This document shows, piece by piece, positions 23,548 through 34,750 of a DNA stretch of 64,000 nt. Location of the stretch: assembly GCA_963774265.1 (NCBI GenBank), contig CAVZDU010000002.1, positions 64,001 to 128,000 of the forward strand. The letters run 5' to 3'. How positions within the stretch are numbered: the stretch's first letter is position 1; each line of letters opens with the position of its first letter. The position numbers were made by a program, and so were the translations under genes. Source of the stretch: an uncultured Chloroflexia bacterium (lineage in GTDB: Bacteria; Chloroflexota; Anaerolineae; CG2-30-64-16). A model generated the notes under the pieces. It was not told the origin of the DNA. It did not search any database and was given only the letters and a program-made list of their open reading frames with translations.

Positions 23548-24624
23548 TTATGTCACCTTTGACTCATTATTGACAGCCTGCGGCCGATTCTCGCCCCGTG
23601 CACGCCATTTGGCAACGACCTGGCCAATGGAGGTGCCGTGGATCCAAAGCATAATCATTCCGGTCAGGCTCAGCACGATGTAGTTCACTGCGTGCCAGAT
23701 CAGTGCAATGCTCATGGCGGTCGTCTCGGGAATGCCGAAAGGCCGCAGAGCCTCAATCACCAGAAAGTGGAAGACACCGATGTAGCCCGGCGACGACGGT
23801 GCGACCATGCCCAATGAAGTCAGGACTACAGCGAAAACCATCCCGGTGAAGGGCACGTCCGCCTGCACCGCCATCCGTACAGTCCACGATTCGCCGATGA
23901 CCGCCGCCCAGGCTGCAAATGAGAGCAAGATCAGGGCGGGGCCCCGGCGCCCGCGCAGGGCAGCAAACCCGTCAATCACGTGTTCAATGGACGCATAGAC
24001 ACTGGGCCTATCGAGGAAACGGATGCGGCCAAGGATGCGGTGCGCCCAGCCGAGGATCCGCCCCTTCCAAAACGAGAGCACTACAATGACCGCGGTGGCA
24101 GCCAGAGCGCCGATGCCGAGGACTTGTGCAGAACGCATCATCCACGACGGAAGCTCAATGAAGGGAAGCAGCGCCACCATCACGACGAGCAGAGACAGGA
24201 GGTCAAGAAGACGCTCCACCACGATGGTTGACAATGCCCTGGCTCCACCCACCGGCTGGTCACTCGCCAGAAGAACCAGACGCACCAGCTCGCCCACACG
24301 ACCCGGGAAGATATTGCTCGCCAGATAGCCAGCAGATTGTGCGGTGAAGATCGCGCCAAACGGCACCCGGTGCTCGGGCAAAAATAGGATCTGCCATCGC
24401 CATGCCTTGATAAGTCCCATGATCGTGATGCCCAGGATCGCAGGAACCACCCAAATCCAGCGCGCTGCGGCCAGCGCGGCCCATAATTCGGCAAAATCGA
24501 TGCCACGAAGCGCCAGCCACAAACACCCCAGGCTGATCGACACTTCCAGGCCACGCTGAAGCCACGCGCGCGATTTGCGCGGCGCGGCTGCCGGCAGGGC
24601 ATCTTCGGATGTTGTATCCGTCAA
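23548..24624 (-). CDS. LPG-synthase-TM / UPF0104 flippase-like membrane protein
   Basis: RWQILF, SNIFPGRVGELVR, VVERLLD, PSSPGYIGVF. Confidence 0.85.
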   Translation of the reverse strand: MTDTTSEDALPAAAPRKSRAWLQRGLEVSISLGCLWLALRGIDFAELWAALAAARWIWVVPAILGITIMGLIKAWRWQILFLPEHRVPFGAIFTAQSAGYLASNIFPGRVGELVRLVLLASDQPVGGARALSTIVVERLLDLLSLLVVMVALLPFIELPSWMMRSAQVLGIGALAATAVIVVLSFWKGRILGWAHRILGRIRFLDRPSVYASIEHVIDGFAALRGRRGPALILLSFAAWAAVIGESWTVRMAVQADVPFTGMVFAVVLTSLGMVAPSSPGYIGVFHFLVIEALRPFGIPETTAMSIALIWHAVNYIVLSLTGMIMLWIHGTSIGQVVAKWRARGENRPQAVNNESKVT

Positions 24625-24711
24625 GCGGTTCCTCCAGGACAGAACGACAGTAGATTATAGCACCGGCGCGCAGGGCGACAAAGAACGTGGCGACTTACCG
24701 AGAAGGGCTCG

Positions 24712-26284
24712 CTAGCGATTCCGCGGGAAGCTAGCAGGCGGGTAGTTGGGGAGCACCCACATGATTTTGCCAGGCACCGAGCGCGGTTCAAGCACGTAGA
24801 CGTCGACCCACCAATGCCAGGACTCATAGTCGTGATCTTCATAGCCCAGATCGATCCACTTGCCACGCACGCCGCCCCCAGTATCCGCGGCAAGCGCCTT
24901 GCCGTAGCCAGAAATATAAAGGGGTGTATGGAAAGGGATCACCTTTGGGTCAATGGCGACTAAGCCTTTGCGCAGCGTCATGCCGGTGCGGGTGCGACCG
25001 TACCAGGGAGCGCTCGTTGGCGTGCCGGAGCGGGCAGGCGAATATGATGTCGCGTACATGCGAATCTTGCGCCAATAAGTGACTGGGCCGTCCGGCGTAT
25101 CCAGGGTGCGCGCAACCAGCATCCGACCATAAGCCAACATGCGGGTGACAGGCGCAGCAGCCTGCCATTCGTCGACGAGGGTGCGGGACACTTCCGACCC
25201 ATCCTCGTAGCGAACCTTCGAGCGTTTGCGATACTCGCCGTTTTTGCCTGCCTGAGCCAACCGCTGATGATCGATCTCGAGGGTATCGTCCGGAACCGAG
25301 ATCGACTCAAATGGGATGTCCTCGCTCTCAACGAGCGTCACCTCGGACACGCGGATGACCTTGACCTGCGTATGGTCGACCAGGGCTTCATGCAAGGCAG
25401 GCGTCACCACGTCCATGCCGGCAACCATGATGCCCAGATCCATCAAGGCGCCCCCGACGGTTTCACCACGCGTGCGCGTTTGAATCGTACGGCCATCAGC
25501 AGAAACGATTATGGGCTTTGACCTCTGGATGTAGATCCGCATGCCAGGATTGATGCGCGATCCCAGGCTGGGCTGCACGCGATCACCCAGGTAGAGCGTC
25601 ACAGACTCGCGCAACAATGCGTCGCCCACCGTGGCAGCGGTCGTAAAGAGCGTGTAGGGCACGCTTCCGTCATCCACAGTAATGGACACCGCGCGGTGAA
25701 TGGCAAGGTGGACAGGGGCCGGCCCGGGGCCGTCCCACCTGTGACCGACGGGCAAGCCCCCAGCCGCTTCCTCCCGCGTGACCGGCGGCAGGGCCGTGTC
25801 AACGCTGACTATTTGCCCATCCAGAAGCACTTCATCCTGGGGTGAAACAACGATGCCCGCGGCAGCCAAAAAGCCGCCCACGGTTTCCTCGAGCGTAAAC
25901 ACCTCACTCAATCGCCCATCGCTGCTCACGAGTCCACGCCGCCGCACGTTCGATCGTGACGCGCAGTCCAGGCAACAGAGATGTGTCCCAGCCAGGAGAG
26001 AGGCGATCTTCAGGTCGAAGGGAGAGACCCAAGTCGGCCAGCAGCCCGCCCACATCGTCACGCGAGCTCCGCACGACCTCGGCTGCTCCGTCGACGCTCA
26101 CTGAGATGGGGACGCCGAACAGACGAACCTGCCGCATCGCCCAGATGCCTGCCAGCGCGACCACACCCAGCGCGACCAACCACGCTGCAGAGGTCAGAAG
26201 CCGGCGAGGACCACGGGAGCTGCGCTCGGCCGTGATTCGGACGACCGATGGCGTAAAGGACGGGTCGGCGAAGTACTCGCTCAT
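24712..26284 (-). CDS. YabE-like cell-wall protein (DUF348 repeats, G5 and 3D domains), frameshift near 25930
   Basis: N-terminal TM, TVGDAL/TVGGAL repeats, G5-like region, 3D domain ATSYS...VAIDPKVIP...AADTGG...IDL. Confidence 0.85.
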
Positions 26285-26384
26285 ATTCGGGAAAGGGTCA
26301 GGTCAAGGTTCACCGGCATGGCAGGAACATGATAGCCGAGGAGAGTCTGACGGGCAAGTCAGAAGGCTGGCCGGCTCTTGACTA

Positions 26385-27322
26385 AGTATCTATCCGAAAA
26401 CTGCCATGTCGCATAGGATGCTGGCGCAAGCGAACTGGACGAAGGCCAGCCAGTTGCTGGACTTCTTGCACCAGCGGGTGCGCAGACTGCGCCGCTTGAC
26501 CAGCCAGCCCAGCGTGCGCTCGACCACCCAGCGCCGGGCTGGGTAAGCGTTCACCCGGCACAGGACACGGATCTGGCGGCTCGTTCTTCCGCCGCCGGTG
26601 CTTGATGTGCGGGACGTAGCCTTGGCTCAGCACGACATCGAACACGTCGTCGTAGTCGTAGCCCTTGTCAGCGCAGAAGTGCTGCTCGCTGGTCGGGCGC
26701 TTGACCGCGATGTGGAACACCAAGTGCGCCACAGACCACTTGTCGTGTTGGTTGGCGCCACTGACGTGAAGCGCCAGCGGCGCACCCCGCTGATCGACCA
26801 GGATGTGGATCTTGGAGCCCAACTTGGCCCGATCCGTCGGGTTTTTGCCCGTATCGGAGCCGCCCAAGGGCGCAGCGCACGAGCGGCTGTCAACCGCTTG
26901 CCACTGCCACTGGATGTGGCGCTCACGACGGTAGAACTTGACCAGCGTCGAAAGACCCGGTCCCAGACGCCCTGCTCTTGCCAGGTCTGGAACCGCTCAT
27001 GCAAGACGCTGCTCGACACGCCGAACCAGTCGCGGTGGACGGCCTTCCACTGGCAGCCGGTCCACAACACGTACCAGATGCCGTTCAACACGGCCCGATT
27101 GCCCATCCGTGGCCGGCCTGGCCGGCGCTGTTTCGGCTCGGCGGCAAATGCCGTTTCACTTACGCCACAGGTTGCGTGGCACTTGGTGATAATTCGGCGT
27201 TTGCGGCTTTGTGGTAGTATGTCTGGGCAAGGCGCACCTCCGCCGTTTGTGAGTCTTTGACAACCCACTTATAGCGGAGTGCGCCTTTCGGCTCAACTCC
27301 TACAAGTTTTCGGATAGGTTCT
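26385..27322 (-). mobile_element. IS5-family insertion sequence
   Basis: Imperfect 17-bp terminal inverted repeats AGTATCTATCCGAAAAC (26385) and GTTTTCGGATAGGTTCT (27306-27322) enclose an IS5 transposase. Confidence 0.85.
26390..27230 (-). pseudogene. IS5-family transposase, frameshifted as assembled
   Basis: GIWYVLWTGCQW, GKNPTDRAKLGSKIH, ADKGYD and RWVVERTL motifs lie in different frames. Confidence 0.85.
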
Positions 27323-27347
27323 ACGCCAGACCGCCCATATAAGGATA

Positions 27348-28370
27348 TCAGATCATGCCTATTCCAGCGATCGGCGTCGCGCAGAAGGCGCATTTGCCAT
27401 CAGCCAGGTTGCGGCGACCAAGATGGTAGCCGGTGCGCTCGACGACGAGCTTGCCGCAGCCAGGGCAGAAAGTGTTCTCTGTCTGGTGACCAGGCAGGTT
27501 GCCGACGTAGACGTATTGCAGGCCGGCCTCTTTGCCGATCCGGTACGCGGCCTCGAGTACGCTCGCGGGTGTGGGCGGTGTGTCGGCCATATGATACTGC
27601 GGGAAGAACCGGCTGATGTGCCACGGCGTATCGGGCCCCACCTCATCGACCAGGTACTTCGCGACCCATCGGAGCTCGTCATCCGTGTCGTTCAGCCCGG
27701 GGATAACCAGGGTGGTCACCTCAAGCCAGATGTTGTGCTTACGCAGGAGCTTAAGGTTATTCAACACCGGCTGGAGACCCGCGCCGGAGATGCGACGGTA
27801 GAATTCTCCCCTTCCTGCCTTGAGATCCACGTTGATGCCGTCGATGAGGCCATCCATCAGGTCGATCAACTCAGGCGTCATATAGCCGTTGCTGACGAAT
27901 ACATTCTTGAGCCCCAAAGTCCTGGCTTCACGCGCACAATCCAACGCGTATTCGGCGAAAATGGTCGGTTCGGTGTAGGTGTAGGCGATAGATGCGCAAC
28001 CCTGGCGCCTTGCAGAGCGCGCGACATCGGCCGGCTTGAGGAGCGAGCCCATCAAGGCGCCTTCGCGCGGCATCTGCGAAATTTCCCAATTTTGGCAGAA
28101 GGCGCAGCGAAAATTACAGCCGGGCGTGGCGATCGAGAATGCGGTCGAGCCGGGCAGGAAGTGGAAAAGGGGCTTCTTCTCGATCGGGTCGACATGCTGC
28201 GAGATCGTGCGATCGTACACCAGAGTAAAGAGCTGACCGTCGACATTTTCACGCACGCAGCAAGCGCCGAGCTTACCGGGCGGGATCACGCAACGGTGGG
28301 CACACAGGTTGCAGCGGACGCGCTGGTCATCGGGCGCAAGCGGCTCCCAGAGAATCGCTTCGTGACGCAT
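27348..28370 (-). CDS. amrS: AmmeMemoRadiSam system radical SAM enzyme
   Basis: N-terminal CNLCAHRC...GACCVR, DPIEKKPLFHF, CNFRCAFCQNWEISQ, YTYTEP, C-terminal CPGCG. Confidence 0.92.
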   Translation of the reverse strand: MRHEAILWEPLAPDDQRVRCNLCAHRCVIPPGKLGACCVRENVDGQLFTLVYDRTISQHVDPIEKKPLFHFLPGSTAFSIATPGCNFRCAFCQNWEISQMPREGALMGSLLKPADVARSARRQGCASIAYTYTEPTIFAEYALDCAREARTLGLKNVFVSNGYMTPELIDLMDGLIDGINVDLKAGRGEFYRRISGAGLQPVLNNLKLLRKHNIWLEVTTLVIPGLNDTDDELRWVAKYLVDEVGPDTPWHISRFFPQYHMADTPPTPASVLEAAYRIGKEAGLQYVYVGNLPGHQTENTFCPGCGKLVVERTGYHLGRRNLADGKCAFCATPIAGIGMI

Positions 28371-28431
28371 GATTTACTCCTGATGCAGCCATCTTAGCAT
28401 CATTATGCAAATCTCGCCAGGGACCGAAGGC

Positions 28432-29871
28432 GTAACTGTTCAGCGTTACCCTTGACAGGGTGTGGCATGATTACGACATGACCGGGGATGAAGCGCAAGC
28501 CTTTGGGTATTTGCGAGCGGAGAATGCGGCGTTGCGGCAGCAGTTGGCGCTAGCTGTGGCGCGGATTATCGAGCTAGAGGCGCAACTGAACCAGCGCGGT
28601 GAGCCGCCGCCGTTCGTGAAGCCGAACCGGCCGCAGCCGACGGAGCCCAAGGGGCCGCGGAAAAAGCGGGCGGCGGAGCATAACACGTCCCGGAAGCGGT
28701 CGCAGCCGACGCGGATTGAGCGGCACGTGTTGGAGCATTGTCCGGACTGCGGCTATCGCTTGCGCGGCGAGAGCATCGCCTACACGCGGGAAGTGATCGA
28801 GTTACCGCCGCCCCAGCCGGTGGACGTGATCGAGCATCAGGTGATCAAGCGCTGGTGTCCGCATTGCGCGACGTGGCACAGCCCGAAGTTGGATCTGGGC
28901 GGTCAAGTGATCGGGCAGGGGCGGATCGGGGTGCGGGTGGCGAGTCTGGTGAGCTATTTGCGCACGACGTTGCGGCTGCCGTTTCGGGTGATTCAGAGCT
29001 ATCTGGCGACGCTGCACACACTTGCAGTTGAGTGTGGGGGAGCTCGTGGAATTGACCCATGCCGTGCGGCAGCAGTTGCAGCCGCAGGCCGACCAGCTCA
29101 AGGCCGCGGTGCAGACCAGCACGGTGACGCATGGCGATGAAACGAGTTGGCGGGAGAACGGTCAGAACGGTTACGCCTGGGCCTTTGTGACCGCTGGGCC
29201 CGCCGCGGTGCGCTACTTCGAGTTTGCGCACAGCCGGAGTCATCTGGTGGCGCAGCGCATTTTGGGCGCCGACTGGCGGGGTTGGCTGGTGACGGACTTC
29301 TATGCGGCGTACAATCTGATCCCCGGGCGCCATCAACGCTGCTGGGTGCATCTGCTGCGCGATCTGCACGACCTCAAACAGGCGCAGGCGGATAACCTGA
29401 AGTCGTGCAGTGGGCGACCGACGTGCGCAAGCTCTACGACGAGGCGCACACCTGGCTGGCGGCGCACCCGGCGCCGACGCTGGTGGAACGGCGCACGCGT
29501 ACGCCGACCTCTTCACCCGGGCCTGTCGCTTGGGCGAGCAGTATGCCCTGACCTATGACCACCCGTGTTGCACGCTGGCCAAGCGCTTGCTGCGCCACCA
29601 GGACGAGTTGTTCCAGTTCGTCTTGGTGCCCGGGTTACCGCCCGACAATAATCTGGCCGAGCGCAGCATCCGGCCGTTGGTCATCATGCGCAAGATCAGC
29701 GGCGGCTCCCGCAGTGCAGGAGGGCACCAAAACGCGCTTGACCTTGGCCAGCTGTGCTCCATACTTGGGCCGCCCGCAACCTCAATCCGTTCCTGGAATG
29801 CTTGCGGCCTTCCAGGCACCGACCGCCACCGCACCCCCATAAACTCCCTTACCCGAACGGTGAACAGTTAC
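28432..29871 (+). mobile_element. IS66-family element (compact, TnpC only), 1440 bp
   Basis: Terminal inverted repeats GTAACTGTTCAGCGTT / AACGGTGAACAGTTAC and a perfect 8-bp target duplication CCGAAGGC (28424-28431, 29872-29879). Confidence 0.95.
28478..29845 (+). pseudogene. IS66 transposase TnpC, frameshifted as assembled
   Basis: Coiled coil, CPDCG...CPHC zinc finger, HGDETSW, TDFYAAY, QRCWVHLLR, DNNLAERSIRP. Confidence 0.9.
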
Positions 29872-29885
29872 CCGAAGGCGCGGCT

Positions 29886-29914
29886 TTGACGCAAAGGGGC
29901 ATAGCGTGTAAGAT
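29886..29914 (+). promoter_or_regulatory. Sigma70-type promoter of selC
   Basis: TTGACG-17 bp-TAAGAT, 7 nt upstream of the tRNA. Confidence 0.75.
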
Positions 29915-29921
29915 TGCCGGC

Positions 29922-30015
29922 GGGAGTGGTTGTCGTCCGGTGGCGGCCCCGGTCTTCAAAACCGGTGTGGGGCGGTAGGCCCGGCTCAGGTGAGTTCGAC
30001 TCTCATCCACTCCCG
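29922..30015 (+). tRNA. selC: tRNA-Sec (anticodon UCA)
   Basis: 8-bp acceptor GGGAGTGG/CCACTCCC, 6-bp D stem, CCGGT-CT-TCA-AA-ACCGG, long variable arm, 5-bp T stem with TTCGACT loop, discriminator G. CCA is not fully encoded. Confidence 0.95.
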
Positions 30016-30125
30016 CCTTTTAGTAGGCGAGAGTTGGCTTTTTCGCCCCTCACTACTACAGGTTGTGGCATCCGTGACCATGCACAGGGAACGGAGGCGC
30101 AACCAATGTATACCACCCCCCAAGC

Positions 30126-30170
30126 AAAAAAGGGGGGGGTGCGTTACCCCCGTTCGGATCACGCACCCCC
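30126..30170 (-). terminator. Intrinsic terminator after the 67-aa ORF
   Basis: Minus strand reads GGGGGTGCG...CGCACCCCC followed by CCC-TTTTTT. Confidence 0.6.
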
Positions 30171-30193
30171 AGCCGTTCACAGTCTCATCCGTG

Positions 30194-30397
30194 CTAAAGC
30201 TGCTTGATCTGGTTGCCGTTGAGACGCCAAATCGTATGCTTATCCATGACCGTGACGAAGGTCGTGTGCCCAACTGCCAACCGCGCTGCTGTTTGTGCCA
30301 TCTGGGGCGTTAGCCCGTCTGCTTCTTTGTACTGTGGCAGCGCCAGCGTTTCTGACCGTCGCGTGAATACCCCTGAGATCACAGTAACAGTCTTCAC
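30194..30397 (-). CDS. Small hypothetical protein (67 aa)
   Basis: GGAGG RBS 6 nt before the GTG, a consensus promoter upstream and a terminator downstream. Confidence 0.6.
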   Translation of the reverse strand: MKTVTVISGVFTRRSETLALPQYKEADGLTPQMAQTAARLAVGHTTFVTVMDKHTIWRLNGNQIKQL

Positions 30398-30426
30398 GAG
30401 GTGCCTCCATTGATGTGATTGCTAAC

Positions 30427-30456
30427 ATTATACACCCTGAGCAACTTGTCTGTCAA
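30427..30456 (-). promoter_or_regulatory. Consensus sigma70 promoter
   Basis: Minus strand TTGACA-18 bp-TATAAT. Confidence 0.7.
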
Positions 30457-30963
30457 TCACCCATCTGACATAGCAAATATTATTACAAGTCCCGTACTAC
30501 CCACGGCTCTATCCCCGGCCCGACATGCCGATGACCTCCACCGCCCTACCGCCCGGACAACAAAAAAAGCGGGGACAGCCGTCCTCTAACGTCGTAAAAC
30601 GACGCGAGTACGACCATCACCGCGCCTTATGGTTCAATCCCCAACGCCAGCATCCACACCATGACCGCAAAGCAGAAACGGTCCACATCAGGTTGTCCCC
30701 GGTCCGTGCCGCTATTCCCTTGGTGCCTGCCTGTTGTCCGGGCGGGTGACGCAGGTGACGTGGTGTGTGTGGCCCTGGCCGACTTCACCGCATGGTACGG
30801 GCCATTGCCTGACGTGGCCGACGACGCGCGGGGATGACGCTACAATGCCCACACCGGGCGGTAGGGCGCGCACAGGGCGTTTCAGTGTGGCAACGTGATC
30901 AATTTACCATGTGAGCGTGCAGGGCACGCGAGAATGGCAAGGACGCTTGGCGGTAGGGTGACG

Positions 30964-32621
<1,658 letters not shown>

Positions 32622-32656
32622 GGCATACCCTACTATGCAACGGGTGAGGTTCACAA

Positions 32657-32747
32657 AGTATAGCACCTGGGCGAAAGACGTGCAACGAAGGGCTTGACAG
32701 TGGCCTCAAATGGCTGTATTGTACAAAACGTCAATACGTTCTGTACA
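32657..32747. promoter_or_regulatory. Back-to-back promoters with an inverted-repeat operator or res-like site
   Basis: Minus TTGCAC-17-TATACT (32685-32657); plus TTGACA-17-TATTGT (32694-32722); inverted repeat TGTACAAAACGT-caat-ACGTTCTGTACA (32720-32747). Confidence 0.7.
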
Positions 32748-32768
32748 CAGACCTAAGAGGGGGGCATC

Positions 32769-33602
32769 ATGGCGCGCCGCAAGGTCCCAAACGGGGTGAA
32801 CGGACAGACAACAATACCGGAAGCATGTACCGGGGCTTATATCCGCGTCTTCACTGACAAGCAAGCCGACGAAGGCTTTTCCCTCGATGCCCAGCGCAAA
32901 CGCGTTGCGGCCTATTGTGTGGCACAGGGTTGGACGCTATGTCCCGAACACGTCTATGTGGACGCTGGCTTATCCGGCAAGACCTCAGACCGTCCGCAGT
33001 TCCGGGCGATGCTGAGAGCGGCGCAAGAGGGACGAATACAACGTGTCGTGTCCGTCAAGCTGGATCGGCTCGCCCGCAACACGAAGGACTTTCTGGCGAC
33101 CGTTGACCTGCTGCAAGGGTTGGGTTGTGATCTCGTGCTTATCAAAGAGAGCTTTGACACGTCCACCCCACAGGGCAAGTTTGCACTCACCATGTTTGCG
33201 GCCCTGGCCGAGTTGGAAGTGCCCATGATTGCGGAGCGTACCATGTCGGGCCGGGTGCAGAAGGCGGCGCAGGGCGGGTACAATGGTGCACCTGTGCCTT
33301 TTGGGTATAACTACGACGGGAAGGCTTTTACGGCGAACGCCCATGCCGAGACGGTGCGGAGCATCTTCGCTGACTTCCTGGCAGGTAAGACCATGCGGCA
33401 GATTGCGGCAAGCCTTAACGCTAAGGGGACACCCACGGCAAGGGGGGGTAAGTGGTACGCGTCAACTGTGGCTTATGTCCTTCACAATGGCTTTTATGCT
33501 GGCTTCATTCAGTACAACGGCAGCGAAGTCATGGGAGAACACACCACACTTGTGAGCGTGGAAGATTACGAACGGGCAAACCAAGGCAGTTCGACACCAT
33601 GA
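32769..33602 (+). CDS. Serine recombinase (resolvase + recombinase domains, no Zn ribbon), catalytic Ser replaced by Phe
   Basis: AYIRVFT (usual YxRVST), SLDAQ, DAGLSG, KLDRLAR, DTSTPQGK, PFGY, LNAKGTPTARGGKW. Confidence 0.9.
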   Translation: MARRKVPNGVNGQTTIPEACTGAYIRVFTDKQADEGFSLDAQRKRVAAYCVAQGWTLCPEHVYVDAGLSGKTSDRPQFRAMLRAAQEGRIQRVVSVKLDRLARNTKDFLATVDLLQGLGCDLVLIKESFDTSTPQGKFALTMFAALAELEVPMIAERTMSGRVQKAAQGGYNGAPVPFGYNYDGKAFTANAHAETVRSIFADFLAGKTMRQIAASLNAKGTPTARGGKWYASTVAYVLHNGFYAGFIQYNGSEVMGEHTTLVSVEDYERANQGSSTP

Positions 33603-33725
33603 GTTGGACATGCAAGCATCAAAACCACCGAGCGTTATCTTGGCGTCACCCAGGACCTACAGGACGCACCTTGCGACCACTTGGGGTTGCGGCTGGAGTA
33701 ACGAGGACACCCCGTAGGAGGAAAC

Positions 33726-34454
33726 GTGATTTATTCCAACGAACCGAATAATTAGCATGATTTGCAGGATAAGGTTTGTTCGATTCTCCAGGTCTGTGGT
33801 TTCCAGGCCGAGGTAGATAGAACTATCGACACCGTTCGAGGTCCCGTAGACATCGACGTTCACGCCATCGACGAGACATGAAACCCCGAGCAGGCATGCC
33901 TGTGTGAATGCAAGCACTGGAGCAGTGCTGTGCCCAAGACGGTCGTGCACGCCTTCCGAACCGTGGTGACGGATGACGGCGCCAACATCGGATTTATGAT
34001 TTCGCGCTCTGGCTTTCAAAAGGGGGCCTATGAGGCCGCGGAGAAGTCAAATGTCCACCTGGTCGATTGGTACGAATTCCAGGCGCTCTTTCTTGAGCGT
34101 TGGAAGGAGGGGCGCTACGCGGGGCTTCGCCCACTCTTTGAAGAGCACTTTGACTTCTACGACTTCCTCTCCAAACCCATCCTAAATGCCATTAGCGGGG
34201 ACGAAAGCGCAAGGGAGTATAACTTACTGAGGGAGCGGTGAGCTCCGCAGGCCGCTGGAAACCCTTGGATGCACATGGTCCATCCTCAGGACTTCCCGCC
34301 CACGCTGCCATGTTGCGCTACCGAAATCGACAATGACGGCAGCAGGAGAGATTTGGAGTTCGTCGACTATGCTTCGTACTTCGATTGGCAAGAAGTTCGT
34401 TTGCGGGCGGGCATCCGCGAGTTCGAGGAGTTTATTGAGCGAAGGTCAGTTTGA
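33726..34454 (+). pseudogene. Mrr-like restriction endonuclease with three in-frame stops
   Basis: One frame from the GTG (RBS AGGAGG): MIYSNEPNN*HDLQDKV...DIDVHA...*NP...CECKHW...SGFQKGA. Stops are TAG 33753, TGA 33879 and TGA 34239. Confidence 0.8.
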
Positions 34455-34617
34455 CAGCACCCGTGACTGGTGCTAATGTGGGGCTAGAATTTGACGCCCG
34501 ATGGATGCAGCGAACATCCACCGGGCTAGGCGCAAGTGTGGTAGCACGTTACACCCGGAGCGATTATAACGGACGCTCGTGCTAGGCCACAAACGGCAGC
34601 ACGGGCGTTTTTGTTTG
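34451..34617 (+). ncRNA. Putative structured leader/attenuator RNA with promoter, copy A
   Basis: TTGACA-17-TAATGT, hairpin 34496-34526, AGGCGCAA, small hairpin, GCGATTATA, terminator 34573-34617. Homologous to copy B. Confidence 0.65.
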
Positions 34618-34750
34618 ACGAGAACGGTTAGGCAGGTGACAACGTGTGCGGCCTCCTACCGGTTATTCCTTAAAACCACTGTTTGGATAGTCACGAATAC
34701 TACAACTTGTAGTGGTTTGCGAGCGAACACCTACTACATGTCGTACCCAA

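Noticed and set aside
26385-29871. Composite transposon carrying amrS
   Set aside because: The two IS elements belong to different families, and the IS66 has its own target duplication, so the insertions are independent.
33726-34454. Selenoprotein, given two in-frame TGA codons near selC
   Set aside because: There is also an in-frame TAG, the TGA positions do not look like Cys sites, and I see no convincing SECIS hairpin.
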